Origin: an uncultured Solirubrobacterales bacterium
GTDB lineage: Bacteria > Actinomycetota > Thermoleophilia > Solirubrobacterales > Solirubrobacteraceae
Reading direction: 5' to 3'
NCBI GenBank assembly: GCA_963743165.1
Contig: CAVUOP010000009.1
Location: forward strand, 11,092 to 75,091
Length of the DNA stretch: 64,000 bases
Shown here: piece after piece, positions 18,895-30,145 of the stretch
Position numbering within the stretch: the stretch's first letter is position 1
Layout: each line of letters starts with the position of its first letter
Program-made: the position numbers and the translations under genes
Notes under the pieces: model-generated
The model's database searches: none
The model's input: only the letters and a program-made list of their open reading frames with translations
What the model was told of the DNA's origin: nothing

Positions 18895-19794
18895 GTGTCT
18901 GAGCGCTGGTTCCTGTTCGTGCAGTTGGAGATCCCGTGGGAGCTAGGCCCCGCGGACGGACGCTATCTGCTGCGCGGAGGAAAGCAGCGAGAGCCACAGC
19001 ACGTGGTAGTCCTGAACACTCTCGATAGCAGTCACAAGCGCGCACGAGCCCGACTCACAGGCCGCTCACGCAAGGGCCGCGAGGTGCCAGCGGAACCCGC
19101 GCCGGCAACCGTTGCGATCACGCGCGCGACGGTAGTCGACCCAATCCCACTGGCAGCCGAGGCACAGGCACAGGCGTGGCTGAAAGACCTCGAGCCCGAG
19201 CACGAGATGCACCAGGCGGCAGGCGTATTGAACCGCGTGCTGCTGGCGCAGCGGATCGCAGCGGCAGACCCGTACATACACGAGGTCTCACCGGCACAGG
19301 CACTGGTGGTGCGAGCCGGGTGGGGTCTCGGCGAGCAGGTGGCAGACGGCCAGTGGGAGCACGCGCGCGAGCTGCTGGGAGGCCAAGGCCAGCCACGCCG
19401 ACAGCGACGAACCTCGGTGCTACGCCCACAGGAGCGCCTGACGTGGATGCTAGGCGGGCGCGAAGAGGCGTTGCTATGCGAGGAGCTGGCACTACGCGCG
19501 CGGCGCGACGCGGACCAAGGCCGCATCGCCCACGCGGCCATGGAGCTGCAGAGCGCATACGCAGCAGCCCTGAGCGAGCTAAGCAGCGAAGACCGCCAAG
19601 ACCTGGCGCTGCGAATCGACGAGCTGCGCGAGCTGAGCGCCACGATCCCCAGCGGCATACCGCTGGCAGACGGTTCGGCCCCAAGCTTGACCCCCGCGGT
19701 GCAAGACGCCGAAGAGCAGGCGGTGCGCCACGCACTGGAGCGCTTGGAGGCGGCGCTGCGCGCACGCACGGTGGGGCTTAAGCTGAACACGTGA
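18895..19794 (+). CDS. Hypothetical protein
   Basis: Long ORF coupled (GTGA) to the downstream aldo/keto reductase. Confidence 0.65.
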   Translation: MSERWFLFVQLEIPWELGPADGRYLLRGGKQREPQHVVVLNTLDSSHKRARARLTGRSRKGREVPAEPAPATVAITRATVVDPIPLAAEAQAQAWLKDLEPEHEMHQAAGVLNRVLLAQRIAAADPYIHEVSPAQALVVRAGWGLGEQVADGQWEHARELLGGQGQPRRQRRTSVLRPQERLTWMLGGREEALLCEELALRARRDADQGRIAHAAMELQSAYAAALSELSSEDRQDLALRIDELRELSATIPSGIPLADGSAPSLTPAVQDAEEQAVRHALERLEAALRARTVGLKLNT

Positions 19795-20927
19795 GTATCG
19801 ACCCCACAGCGACCGCGGTAGGCACATGGAGCGGGGGCCGCTATATGCACTTCGGCGAGCCGCTTGAGGATGAGCGCTTGCGCGAGCTGCTGCGCCCCGG
19901 CCGGGGCATCGACACAGTAATGACGGCAGACGCATACGGCGCAGGCGAGGCGGACAGCCTGCTAGGCGAAGCGCTGCGCGGCGGGGAGCGCGAGAGCTAC
20001 TGCCTGATCGGCGCGATCGGCCACGATTTCTATGAAGGCACACGCGAAGGAGCAAAGGGCTACCCCCGTTTCACGGACGCGCGCCTGCGCGATGCGAGCG
20101 GCTACGCCGACTACATCCGCATGGCCACGGAGGCAAGCCTGAAGCGCCTAGGCGTGGAACAGATGGACGTGCTCCTACTGCACAACCCAGACCGCACGGG
20201 CTACAGGAGCGAAGCTGTATGGGAGGGCATGGCAGCGGTGCGCGATGCGGGCCTGACACGCATGTTGGGCGTAGCGCCAGGCCCAGCAAATGGCTTCACA
20301 CTGGACGTGATCGACTGCATGGAGCGCTTCGGCGAGACGATCGACTGGGCAATGGTGATCCTGAGCCCGATGGAGCCATGGCCAGGCGAGCTGGTGCTAG
20401 GCGCCGCGGCGGCCAACGACGTGCAGGTGATCACGCGCGTGGTGGACTACGGCGGCATGTTCCACGACGACGTGAAGCCAGGTCATGAGTTCGCGGAATG
20501 GGACCACCGCAAGTTCCGCCCAGCAGGCTGGGTTGACAGAGGCATGGAGAAGCTGGAGCAGATGCGCCCCTACGCGGAGCGCCACGGACTGAGCATGTTG
20601 CAGCTGGCGTGCCAGTGGAATCTGGCGCACGAGGCGGTGCACTGCGTGGCCCCAACCCTGATCCAGGAGATAGGCGCAGACGCACATACGATCGAGCGCA
20701 AGCGCGCCGAGCTGGCAGCGCTGCCCACAGAGCCGCTGCTGAGTGCCGCGGAGGTGGCGGAGCTGCGAGCGATCGGCGATAACACGGGCAGCATGGCCCT
20801 GAAGGGCGCAAGCGCGGGGCACGAAGGGGCGCCACAGCCAGACCGCTGGCCGCTGAGCGAGGAGCTGAACGAGGTAGCGGCGCGCTGGCAGATCACCCCG
20901 GAGCGCGACTTGGCGATGGCGGGGTAA
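19791..20927 (+). CDS. Aldo/keto reductase family protein
   Basis: VGTW, TADAYGAG, SLKRLG..DVLLLHNPD motifs. Confidence 0.85.
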   Translation: MSIDPTATAVGTWSGGRYMHFGEPLEDERLRELLRPGRGIDTVMTADAYGAGEADSLLGEALRGGERESYCLIGAIGHDFYEGTREGAKGYPRFTDARLRDASGYADYIRMATEASLKRLGVEQMDVLLLHNPDRTGYRSEAVWEGMAAVRDAGLTRMLGVAPGPANGFTLDVIDCMERFGETIDWAMVILSPMEPWPGELVLGAAAANDVQVITRVVDYGGMFHDDVKPGHEFAEWDHRKFRPAGWVDRGMEKLEQMRPYAERHGLSMLQLACQWNLAHEAVHCVAPTLIQEIGADAHTIERKRAELAALPTEPLLSAAEVAELRAIGDNTGSMALKGASAGHEGAPQPDRWPLSEELNEVAARWQITPERDLAMAG

Positions 20928-21957
20928 CGGCGCGCCGCTGTAGGGCGCGCTCGATCGCCAGCTCGAACTCCTGCTCCCACTGCGAGGCGAAGCGATCGAT
21001 CGTCTGCGACTGCCCCCACTTGAGCGCGTGGCGCGAGAGGCGCCGGCGCTTGAAGCGACTGCGAATGAGCCCGTCAAGCGCAGCGAACCAGCCGTCCTCG
21101 CCGACGAGCTGCCCCCCTTCCTTGGCGCCGATGTCGCGGTAGGCGCCAACGGGCGAGGCGAGCCAGGCGGCACCCACAGCGGAGTACTCCTTGAGCTTGA
21201 TGGACGAGCGAGCGTGGTTAAAAGGCGTGTCGGCAAGCGGAGCAATGCCGATGTCGAAGTCCGCGATCGCCGCCAGCAGCTCCCCAAAAGGCACCTTAGG
21301 CCGAAACTCATAGCGCTCTGAGCGCAGCGGTAGACGCAGCCCAACAGTGACGACGCGCAGCTCAGGGTACGCATCGAGCAGCCGTGCAAGCACGTCGACG
21401 ATCGGCAACTGCGCGAGGTCGCGCTCGTGCTCGGCGCCAGCCATCCAGCCAACGACGAGTCCCTGATGCGCGGCCTTCACGCCAAAGCCGGCGAGGTCGC
21501 CATCGAGGTGGTTGTCGATGACGGCGACGTGATTGGCCTGCGCCGCGCGGTACTTCTCGGCAAGCACGTGGCTGGGCGTGGTGGTCAGGTCGGCGACCTT
21601 GGTGAGGCGCAGGATTTCGGTGAAGAGCTTGGTGTTGCCCGCGCGCACCTTGCCGCCCGCTTCGAGCTTGCCCGAGCGAGCGGGGTTGGTCGTCATGTCG
21701 GCGGCAGAGAAGTCATCGTCGTTGTCGAAGCTGACCGCCACACCCTGCTGCGCGAGCTGCTTGAGATCGCGCGAGCGATCAAGACGGCGAAAGCAGTGCA
21801 CGAGATCGCAGCGCATCAGGTCGCTGAGCGCCAGATCGCGATCCATCCGCGCGGGCCAGAGCACGTCGTGCCCAAGCCGCTCCAGCGCGCGCATCGGGAA
21901 GATGACGCGGTAGTTGGAGTTGGCCGCACGAGGCTCGGCGATGAAACCCAAACGCAT
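20893..21957 (-). CDS. Glycosyltransferase (GT4-like)
   Basis: DIGIAPL..FNHARSSIKLKEYSAVG..ASPVGAY motif. Confidence 0.78.
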   Translation of the reverse strand: MRLGFIAEPRAANSNYRVIFPMRALERLGHDVLWPARMDRDLALSDLMRCDLVHCFRRLDRSRDLKQLAQQGVAVSFDNDDDFSAADMTTNPARSGKLEAGGKVRAGNTKLFTEILRLTKVADLTTTPSHVLAEKYRAAQANHVAVIDNHLDGDLAGFGVKAAHQGLVVGWMAGAEHERDLAQLPIVDVLARLLDAYPELRVVTVGLRLPLRSERYEFRPKVPFGELLAAIADFDIGIAPLADTPFNHARSSIKLKEYSAVGAAWLASPVGAYRDIGAKEGGQLVGEDGWFAALDGLIRSRFKRRRLSRHALKWGQSQTIDRFASQWEQEFELAIERALQRRAVTPPSPSRAPG

Positions 21958-22030
21958 GCAGCGAGCGTAGGCAGGAGGGACAACTGCCGACGGCGTTTGC
22001 CGGCAGTTGTCTCCCACCCGAGAGCGAGGG

Positions 22031-24037
22031 CTACTTGCCCTGAAAGCGCGGCGCGCGCTTGCCAAGGAAGGCCGAGATGCCCTCCTTGCCGTCCTCGGAG
22101 CGAAAGACGGTGGCAAACCCCTGCTTCTCGGCCTCGATGCCCTGGTCCAGGTCACCGGCGCCGGAGACGCGCTTGATCTGCTGCACCGCCAGCGGCGCCT
22201 GCCCGCTGAGCTTGCGCGCCCAGGCGATAGCGGTATCGAGCAGTTCGTGGTCGTCGACGACGCGGTTGACGAGCCCGTACTCATAGGCCTCCTCGGCAAG
22301 CACGGGATCGCCGATGAGGTTCATCTCCAGGGCCTTGTTGGTGCCGACGAGGCGCGCCAGGCGCTGGGTGCCGCCGAAGCCGGGAATGATGCCCAGCTTG
22401 ATCTCCGGCTGCCCAAAGAGCGCGGAGCGCGCAGCCAGACGCACGTCGCAGGCCATGGCAAGCTCACAGCCACCGCCGAAAGCAAGCCCGTTGACGGCGG
22501 CGATCGTGGCAATCCCCTCACTCTCCATTTCGCGCAGCAAGGAGTGAGCGGCGTTGATCAGCTGCTCGCCACCGGCCTCGTCCATGGAGATAAAGGCCTT
22601 GATGTCAGCTCCGGCCGAGAAGAGGAAGGGGTTAGATGAGGCGATCACCAAGGCCCGCACGCCGGACTGCTTGACGTGCTGGTAGACCTTGCCAAGGTCC
22701 TCGATGACGGACGGGGCGATGGAGTTCATCTGCCCATTGGCGAGCCAGGCGATAGCCACACCATCCGGGCGACTCTCCAGCTTAATTACCTCACCAGGCT
22801 GCTGGGCGTCAGGCTGCGGGTAGGCATAGAAGCCCTGACCGCTCTTCTGCCCCAGACGCCCCTGCGCGACGAGGCGGCGCAGGATGGTAGGCGGAGCAAA
22901 GCGCTCACCGTGCCGCTCCTGCGCGTTCTCAAGGCGCTCCAAGATGGTGTCAAGACCCTCAACGTCGGCCTTCATGAAAGGCGGCAGCAGCCCACGGCGA
23001 GGATCGAGACCCGCGCCGGCCATGAGGCCAAAGTCGATATCGCGGTGCGTGGCAACACCCTCCTCAAGCACAAGACAGGCCTCGACAAAGGTCTTGAGCA
23101 CAAGCAGCTCGACAAGCTCCTGCACATCCGGCTCGCCATCCCCCGGCAAATTGGCCTCGCCCTGCGCGGAGTAGAAGCCCTCCCCCCCGGTCTTGGCGCC
23201 AAGCTTGCGTTCAGAGACGAGCTTCTGCATCCCCTTAGGCACGTAGAAGCGCTCAGAACCATAAGACTCAGCAAGGTGTTCGGCCACATGCAGAACGGTG
23301 TCAAGCCCGAGCAGGTTGACGAGGAAGTAGGGCCCCATGGGGATCACGCCGGCAGCACCAACGCCCTCATCGATGAGCTTGATCGAAAGCCCCTTCTGCT
23401 CCTGCTCGCGCCAGATCTCAGAGGTGCCGGCGTTGAGAATGCGGTTGACGACGAAGCCAGGCACCTCAGCGCAGGTAATCGGCTGCTTACGAATGGTCTG
23501 CGCGAAGGTGAGCGCAGCAGTAACGGTCTCCGCGGAGGTTTCCTCGCCCTCAACAATCTCGATGAGGGGCATGATGGAGGCGGGATAGAAGTAGTGGAAG
23601 CCAACAACCTTGTCGGGCCGCAGCGTGGCTTCACCGATCTCGGTGATGGACAGCGAGGAGGTGTTGGAGGCAAGGATGGCGTGCCCCGGAGTGGCGGCAT
23701 CCAACTCGGCGAAGACCGACTGCTTGATCGCCATCTTCTCGGGCACGGCCTCGATCACGAAGTCGACATCGCCAAAGCCCTCATAGGAGGTGGTGCCGTG
23801 AATACGCCCCAGCACCTCCTCGATCTGCGCAGCAGCCTGCTCCGGAGTGATCTTGCCCTTCTCGGCCAGCTTGTTGGCCTGCCCCGAGGTGACGTTGCGC
23901 GCCTCATCCAGCCCGGCCTGCACAAGCTCCTCGCTGATGTCCTTGAGGACCACGGGGATACCGGCGGCGGCGATGGTCTGGGCGATCTGGCCGCCCATGG
24001 TGCCTGCGCCGACGACGGCGGCTTTGAACACGAACAT
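22031..24037 (-). CDS. Fused 3-hydroxyacyl-CoA dehydrogenase / enoyl-CoA hydratase
   Basis: GAGTMG, IEAVPE and SNTSSL at the N-terminus; AGADI, GGGCELA and [13 protein letters not shown] at the C-terminus. Confidence 0.92.
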   Translation of the reverse strand: MFVFKAAVVGAGTMGGQIAQTIAAAGIPVVLKDISEELVQAGLDEARNVTSGQANKLAEKGKITPEQAAAQIEEVLGRIHGTTSYEGFGDVDFVIEAVPEKMAIKQSVFAELDAATPGHAILASNTSSLSITEIGEATLRPDKVVGFHYFYPASIMPLIEIVEGEETSAETVTAALTFAQTIRKQPITCAEVPGFVVNRILNAGTSEIWREQEQKGLSIKLIDEGVGAAGVIPMGPYFLVNLLGLDTVLHVAEHLAESYGSERFYVPKGMQKLVSERKLGAKTGGEGFYSAQGEANLPGDGEPDVQELVELLVLKTFVEACLVLEEGVATHRDIDFGLMAGAGLDPRRGLLPPFMKADVEGLDTILERLENAQERHGERFAPPTILRRLVAQGRLGQKSGQGFYAYPQPDAQQPGEVIKLESRPDGVAIAWLANGQMNSIAPSVIEDLGKVYQHVKQSGVRALVIASSNPFLFSAGADIKAFISMDEAGGEQLINAAHSLLREMESEGIATIAAVNGLAFGGGCELAMACDVRLAARSALFGQPEIKLGIIPGFGGTQRLARLVGTNKALEMNLIGDPVLAEEAYEYGLVNRVVDDHELLDTAIAWARKLSGQAPLAVQQIKRVSGAGDLDQGIEAEKQGFATVFRSEDGKEGISAFLGKRAPRFQGK

Positions 24038-24224
24038 GCTTGGAGGTCTCCTCTGCTGGTGGCTGGCTTGGCTGGGGAGCGGGAGCCTAGCACTGGAATC
24101 GAAGCCCGAACGCCTCCTGTCCGGCGGTCGCTTGACCAATCGCGGCAACAGCGCAATGATCATCTAGAATCTTGAAAGACTCAAACAATCAAAACAACCC
24201 CAGACAACAAGGAGGGCTCTAACG

Positions 24225-24905
24225 ATGCCCAAGATCAAGCTGCTGGCAGGACTGGTTGCGCTTGCGACGGCCCTAGTCGTATCCGTAGCACCTGCAATGG
24301 CGGAATTTGAATCAACCACCGGTCAATCTCAAGGATCCATTAAGACCTTTCCCGCAACAGTCACTTTTGAATCCGTTGAAGGTGGACCGGCCGATTCATG
24401 TAAATCTACAAACTCTGAAGAAAAGGTCGTGGCCGAAGGCGGATGGCAGATACAAGTCAAAAGCACCACACAGCAAGGAAAATTTTTCTACCAAGCCCCC
24501 ACGCTCAAGGGACCACATGAGCAATTCAAAATTCTAAAATGGGGAGTCTGCACTGGCCCAACCGGCATTTCAGTCACAATATCATGCAACTTCCAATTCG
24601 AGAGCAACGGCACAAACCCGACAGGTACCTTCAGCATCTATCCCCCTGGGTGCGTACAAAAAATTGGCACCGGTACAAATACCTGCACTATCAATATACA
24701 GCCTGATGGCAACAAAGAACTACAAGGCGTGAAACTGACGAATGGTGTTGGCGGAGTCGCAATAGAAGCCGGAATCAAAGGGATCACCTCCACCATTCAA
24801 GAATCAAACACTCTATGCAAAACATTAGGCATCAAAGGGGGTCAAAAAACTGGTAAACTATTCACCAAAGGCGCGTATGAAACCGAAGGCCAAAAACTAG
24901 TCTAG
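24225..24905 (+). CDS. Secreted 6-Cys beta-rich protein, copy A (candidate filament subunit)
   Basis: AAGGAGG RBS; Sec signal ending PAMA|EFES; low GC (28/60 in a sampled line); paralog of 30382-31059. Confidence 0.8.
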   Translation: MPKIKLLAGLVALATALVVSVAPAMAEFESTTGQSQGSIKTFPATVTFESVEGGPADSCKSTNSEEKVVAEGGWQIQVKSTTQQGKFFYQAPTLKGPHEQFKILKWGVCTGPTGISVTISCNFQFESNGTNPTGTFSIYPPGCVQKIGTGTNTCTINIQPDGNKELQGVKLTNGVGGVAIEAGIKGITSTIQESNTLCKTLGIKGGQKTGKLFTKGAYETEGQKLV

Positions 24906-24911
24906 CCATAG

Positions 24912-24941
24912 CCGTGGGGTCGCCTGCGGGCGACCCCACGG
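24912..24941. terminator. Hairpin between convergent genes
   Basis: Perfect 13-bp stem CCGTGGGGTCGCC-tgcg-GGCGACCCCACGG. Confidence 0.7.
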
Positions 24942-24947
24942 GCTGGA

Positions 24948-27815
24948 CTAACGATGCCCGCGGGCCTTCGCGGCTCTTTGGCCGACTCGGCGGGCATTGC
25001 CGGCCTTGCGTGCCCTGGGACAGCCGCTGACGGCGATGTGGACGTTCGGTTCGAGCCTCGCACCGTTGGCGCCGGTGAGTTTCACGGGCAGCGCGAGCTT
25101 GGTGCCGCAGAAGTTGCCCTTGGCGCTGGCTGGCAGGTTAGTGCCGAGCGCCGAGTGCGAACCCTGAGGCAGGTTGAGCTCGAAGCTTGTGATCGGTGCG
25201 TCAGGCACCGCGTTGAAGGAGCTGGTGGTAATGCCCTTCTTGATGTTGGTATTGCCGACCAGATCCAGGCGCACTCCCTCCCCCTGGAGGACGACGACAA
25301 GATCCGGGAAACCCGCACCGCCGTGCGACACAAGATAGGCAGGCCCCTTGAGCGGCACGTTCAACACAGGACTGATCGCGGTGGCGATCCCCACCGCGGA
25401 CTCCGCGGGACAAGTCGCCGGGTTCTGCGCAAATGCGGCTTCGGTGCACGCTTTCTGCAGCGTCGTCAAGCGCGCGGGCAGCTGCTTGGGCAAGGTCACG
25501 AGCACCTTGCCGATGTTTGCCTGCCCCGCACCCGAGGTGACCTTGACATCAAGCGATGCACCGTTCTTCTTGCTCGTCTGCCCCCGGGTGGAGACCTTGA
25601 AGGCAGGCTTGAACGGCAATGCCGCACAGTTCACCGCCTGGAAGTGACTTGAGACGGTCGCGGCGGTCCCTGCGGTGGAGACGACCGTGCCGCTCGCCGA
25701 GAGCGGTTCGCAGTTGGTGGGGTTGAAGATGAACTGGTTGTGCGCCGACCCTCCCCCGTCGATGGTCACGGTCGCGGAGCGCACATCCAGCGGGATGCCC
25801 TTCAGAATCGTGGGCAGCGGATCGGTGATGACGGTGATCTGCGCTGTATGCGGATCGACGTAAATCCCGCCGCGCACCACCACCTGCCCAAGGTTGAACG
25901 GCCCAGCTTCCGCATGCACCACGATCGCCAGCCCGAACGGCCCGCCCTTGTAAGGGCCCGTCAGGTACACGGGATCTTCCTGCTTGCCCGCCTGCGGCAG
26001 GAACACCGGGTTGGACCCGGCACCGGCACTGGCCGTCACGTGCCCAATCTGGCTCGACGCGGGACAGGCACCGGCTTCAGCCAGCGCTTCGCCGCACTGT
26101 GAGACCTTTGAAAGCATCCCCAACACACCAGGCGGAATCTTCACGCTCACCCGCCCAAGCCGCTGATCTCTGTCGCCACGCGAAATGCTCGTCACAAACG
26201 GGCTGAATGCACCCGCCTGATTGTTTTCGGTGCCCGCCGCAAATGACGGCGCGAAACCGCCACCACAATTGCTGCCCAGCTTGAACGCCGGGATCGCAGG
26301 CGACACAGGCAACGTGCCGGACCAAGGCGACAACACAGCGTTGGCCTCATATTCACCGCACTCCGGCGTCATCAGCGCGGCGCGAGGACCGCCGTAGAAT
26401 TTCAACCTGAGATCGCTGAACGGCAACTGCGGCTCGCCTTCTAGCGCGGAGCCCAGGCCATAAACGCGGTTACCGTCGAATGTCGCCGACAGCTGCCCCG
26501 TCTGAGGGTCCAGGTGCACCTGACCGGCCAGCTTGGCGTGCACGCCGTCGCCTTCAGCCACGATGTAAATCGCCAGCAGGCTGTTGAAGGGATTGTTTTC
26601 CTGCTGCGCAAGATAGACCGAGCCTTCCAGCGGCTTTTCCAGCAGCGGCGTAGTGGCCACCACCGAGCCGACCTTCGAGGCATCCGGGCAGGTTGCTGCC
26701 GTCTGAGCGTTCAGGTCAATCTGCACAGGCGAGCAGGCTTCCCGCCCATCCGCCGCGGAGGGATTCAAGACCAGGCCGGGAGGAAGCGTGACGGTCGCGC
26801 TCTTCAGATGCGACTCGGCGAACCCAGCCGGGTTTTCGCTCTGAGGAACCCTCAAGTCGGCTTCCAGCCCCGTCGGCGCGTTGGCTTCCGTCGTGATAGG
26901 GGCGATCTTCAGCGAGGGGCTGAAGTCAAGGCGGTCGCAGCCGGTGATGTTTGTCGGGTTGCCGTGGGAGTCGAGGTTCGCGGATTCATCGCTCACGAAC
27001 GCACCCGGGTCCTGCCAAGGGTCAGCACGGATCGACATCACCGGTGGTTCTGCTGGGCAACTGGTGGGGAGGGTCAGGAAAGGGCGGGGATTGACCCCGG
27101 CGGAGCAGCCATTCGGGCGGCTGGGAACTTCCACTGGCAGACCTTCAGTGCCCAGACACTCTCCACGAATTCCATCGTGACTCGGGTCGGCAGGCACACC
27201 CCACAGAGTCACACGCACGCCGAAGACATGCAAAGTCTGGCTGATGTCGCGTGCATGAACCGTAAGGCCGTAGCTGCCGTCGTCACGGACAGATGCGGTC
27301 AGCAACACAGGCTCACCAATGTAGTTAAAGCCGAACTCAGCCGGAACCCCGGGGGGTGGGTTTAGATTGTACACACCAATGTATTCGAAGGCGCCTTCGG
27401 TCAACGTGACAGCGGCGACCCCCACCTGACTGTCATCGGGACACGTCGCACCAGAGAAATAGAAGTTGCTCCCCGGCGGAAGATTTTCCTTATTTCTCGG
27501 CGGAGTAGTGAACTGCTGAATCGAGCACTTCGGTGTAGCCGTTGGGTTGCCAACCAACCCCAAGGGCGTATCAACATCGGTATCCTTTATGTCACCTTCC
27601 GGAATCGGTTCTTCGCTGAGATTATGGGTCCCATTCAGATCAAAAGCAGTGGTCAGAGCCCATGGGTGGGAGCCTGCCTGTGTTGCTGCCGATCCATCCT
27701 GGTTGACCGCCGAATACGAGAAGTCCTTGAAGCCAAAGCTTCCGAATGCCGTGCCTGCAAGCAGGGCGAACCACAACAGTGTGCTCAGCGCGGTGCCAAC
27801 GTATTTGCGCATCAT
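24948..27815 (-). CDS. Large secreted Cys-rich four-repeat protein, cassette 1
   Basis: Signal peptide, QAGSHP motif, four CPxxSxxG repeats, basic tail; paralogs at 44341, 52944 and 62417. Confidence 0.85.
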   Translation of the reverse strand: MMRKYVGTALSTLLWFALLAGTAFGSFGFKDFSYSAVNQDGSAATQAGSHPWALTTAFDLNGTHNLSEEPIPEGDIKDTDVDTPLGLVGNPTATPKCSIQQFTTPPRNKENLPPGSNFYFSGATCPDDSQVGVAAVTLTEGAFEYIGVYNLNPPPGVPAEFGFNYIGEPVLLTASVRDDGSYGLTVHARDISQTLHVFGVRVTLWGVPADPSHDGIRGECLGTEGLPVEVPSRPNGCSAGVNPRPFLTLPTSCPAEPPVMSIRADPWQDPGAFVSDESANLDSHGNPTNITGCDRLDFSPSLKIAPITTEANAPTGLEADLRVPQSENPAGFAESHLKSATVTLPPGLVLNPSAADGREACSPVQIDLNAQTAATCPDASKVGSVVATTPLLEKPLEGSVYLAQQENNPFNSLLAIYIVAEGDGVHAKLAGQVHLDPQTGQLSATFDGNRVYGLGSALEGEPQLPFSDLRLKFYGGPRAALMTPECGEYEANAVLSPWSGTLPVSPAIPAFKLGSNCGGGFAPSFAAGTENNQAGAFSPFVTSISRGDRDQRLGRVSVKIPPGVLGMLSKVSQCGEALAEAGACPASSQIGHVTASAGAGSNPVFLPQAGKQEDPVYLTGPYKGGPFGLAIVVHAEAGPFNLGQVVVRGGIYVDPHTAQITVITDPLPTILKGIPLDVRSATVTIDGGGSAHNQFIFNPTNCEPLSASGTVVSTAGTAATVSSHFQAVNCAALPFKPAFKVSTRGQTSKKNGASLDVKVTSGAGQANIGKVLVTLPKQLPARLTTLQKACTEAAFAQNPATCPAESAVGIATAISPVLNVPLKGPAYLVSHGGAGFPDLVVVLQGEGVRLDLVGNTNIKKGITTSSFNAVPDAPITSFELNLPQGSHSALGTNLPASAKGNFCGTKLALPVKLTGANGARLEPNVHIAVSGCPRARKAGNARRVGQRAAKARGHR

Positions 27816-29971
27816 CGGTGTGCCCCCGTGTCCGCCGCGCGGACACGCCTGGTGTTCGCTTTCCGCTTCTTCTTCTTCCTTTTGCTGGCGCGTTTCTTGG
27901 CCTTCTTCGCGGGCTTCTTCTTGGCCTTGATCTTTGGCGTGGACGTAGAAGTAGGCGCAATGTTCCCCATACCGGCAAATGTCGCGCTGGCAAGCGAGCC
28001 AAGGGAAGATGGTGCTGAGGCCTGCGGCAAACAGGCTTCGCTTTCGCAGGCCGGGGAAGCAGCAGGCGGCGCGGCGAAGCCGCCCCCGACCCGGGCGTCG
28101 TAGAGATCGCCCAGCTGATCGATGTCCTGTGGCACCAACTCCGCACGAGTGACAAAGAATGCGTCGTCACCATTCGCGCTGGCGTCGACAAACGACGAAT
28201 CGCTGGTGCTGGTGGCGCCCGAAAGCAGGTTGATACAGCCAGCCTGCTGCTGACAACTGCCAGTACCATCTTGCTCCCACTCATATACGTCCTGAACCCC
28301 ATTGGTGTCCTGTGGCACAAGCCCGTCCTTGCTGTCGAAGAAGACCCTGGTGCTGTCTTCCGACAGCACCCTCGACTTATACGTACCCACTTCGGGTACA
28401 AGCCGCCATGGCGTGCCACCCGGGAAGCCCGACGGTCCCGTCGGCCGTGCCCCACTCGGATTACACGACACACACGTCACCTGATTCGCGTCAGCGTCGT
28501 AGAGATACACCTCCTCGTCCGGCAGTCCGGTATTGGCGTCACGATTGTCATAACCCGTCAAGCTCACCGCGGACATGAACAGCAGATGCTTGCCGTCAGC
28601 CGAAACCCTCGCGGTACGCAGACCAGCAGAGCTTTCCCAATCATGCGCAACCGTTGGTTCAAGATTGGCGCCGCCCTTGTTGTCGCGGGCAGTGAGTGCG
28701 TAGAGGAACCTGATCGACCCTTCGTGCCACATATACAAATTATCGTGCCCGACTATCGCGCCAGTACCAGGGAGGGCCCCTTCCGCCACAAAATACAGAT
28801 ATGCACCGTCGTCATTGGCTCCGAGCACCCCCAACACCGCGGCGCCATAGATATTGTTGCCATCTACCGTCAAATCGGTCAACTGGTGGGTCGTTACATC
28901 AAACATGTAGAGATCCTGATGGGAAAAAACATCATCCGCGGTCGAGTTGGGAGTCAATCTCAGTTCATCCGCGAAAAAGGCCCTCGATCCATCCACGCTG
29001 GCGGTCTCGAACTTGCCGCGCCCACTGGGGTCGACTCCTCCCTGCGACTTGTCCATCTGAGTCGAACCGGGAGGATTGACGCCGTCATTTTCATGCACAA
29101 ACAGAGATCTCGTCCCCGGCTGACTCCAAAACACCCGTGCACCATCATCTGAGATTGTGCGATCTTCGTTTTCTCTACTACCCAGTTCAGCGCCCCCACC
29201 GCTGGTTTCGTTGGGGTGGACAGCTCCAGGTGGAGTGTTAATGGATTCGAACTCCCCATTGGACCACTCATAGAGATTACCTTCACTCTGATTCGCCGCT
29301 TCAGGATTGAGCGCAGCCTTCGTTCCAAAGACGGGATGCTTGATATCAGGCGTGATCCCCAGCAGTTCAAGCCGAAATGCTTCGGCAGTTTCAGGTGGGG
29401 TGCTCGTCAAAAGCGCACTGAAATCGCCGGTCTGACTATCACGCAGATAGTAGTTCATATAATGAGGAGGCGCATCGGCGGTCAGCGGAGGATTTTCCAC
29501 TGGTCGCACAGATCCACCCAGCATCAGTCCCTGCGACAAATCTGATGAGAACGCCCGGTAGGGAGCCCCGTTGCCCGCCGCTGGATAGGTCTTTGAGTTC
29601 ATCGGTGTGGTGATGTTTTCTGTCGACCAATTTGCCCCTCGCGTCGAAAGGTACTGGCTTGCGAGCGGCGCGGCCAGCGGTTCCTTGCCATTGGAGCCAG
29701 GGAACGCAAGCAACGACAGATAGGTGATGGCATTTCCGTCCGTAGATGCCTGCACAACGCCACCTTCCGGCAGACCTTCGTTGGGAGTGGCCCCATCGAT
29801 GCCGTTGATCTCACCGCCGTGCTTGTCCATCGGTGAGACCATCTCCCAAGCACGGCCGTCGGGTAAAGGCAAGGATGCCAGAGCGGCACTGCTGGCTATC
29901 GACAGGACACAGCCAACTACACAACTGAACGCTGCGCCAAAGACGGCCATTTTGCGACCATAGGCAAGCAT
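27812..29971 (-). CDS. Secreted beta-propeller-like (TolB/WD40-type repeats) protein, cassette 1
   Basis: Signal peptide; PDGRAWEMVSP; repeated SxDGxxxFF and DVYEW motifs; Lys/Arg tail; ATGA-coupled to the next gene. Confidence 0.82.
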   Translation of the reverse strand: MLAYGRKMAVFGAAFSCVVGCVLSIASSAALASLPLPDGRAWEMVSPMDKHGGEINGIDGATPNEGLPEGGVVQASTDGNAITYLSLLAFPGSNGKEPLAAPLASQYLSTRGANWSTENITTPMNSKTYPAAGNGAPYRAFSSDLSQGLMLGGSVRPVENPPLTADAPPHYMNYYLRDSQTGDFSALLTSTPPETAEAFRLELLGITPDIKHPVFGTKAALNPEAANQSEGNLYEWSNGEFESINTPPGAVHPNETSGGGAELGSRENEDRTISDDGARVFWSQPGTRSLFVHENDGVNPPGSTQMDKSQGGVDPSGRGKFETASVDGSRAFFADELRLTPNSTADDVFSHQDLYMFDVTTHQLTDLTVDGNNIYGAAVLGVLGANDDGAYLYFVAEGALPGTGAIVGHDNLYMWHEGSIRFLYALTARDNKGGANLEPTVAHDWESSAGLRTARVSADGKHLLFMSAVSLTGYDNRDANTGLPDEEVYLYDADANQVTCVSCNPSGARPTGPSGFPGGTPWRLVPEVGTYKSRVLSEDSTRVFFDSKDGLVPQDTNGVQDVYEWEQDGTGSCQQQAGCINLLSGATSTSDSSFVDASANGDDAFFVTRAELVPQDIDQLGDLYDARVGGGFAAPPAASPACESEACLPQASAPSSLGSLASATFAGMGNIAPTSTSTPKIKAKKKPAKKAKKRASKRKKKKRKANTRRVRAADTGAHR

Positions 29972-30101
29972 CTACAGATCCCCTCCTCCTCATTGCTCGC
30001 CGCAGATTGCAGGCTGAGTCGTGGATCACTCTAGCCGAGACCCGATATCAGGCCCTGATCTGTTTCTGACTGATTTGTACCTGGAAAACTACGTAAGAGA
30101 G

Positions 30102-30145
30102 CGTATTTTATACCTAAACGAGCGATCCACTAGGTAGAAAATACG
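30102..30145. promoter_or_regulatory. 15-bp inverted repeat in the divergent promoter region
   Basis: CGTATTTTATACCTA-14 nt-TAGGTAGAAAATACG (14/15 match). Confidence 0.55.

Noticed and set aside
22031-24037. HAD-before-ECH domain order
   Set aside because: Already known in FadN-like and archaeal bifunctional enzymes.
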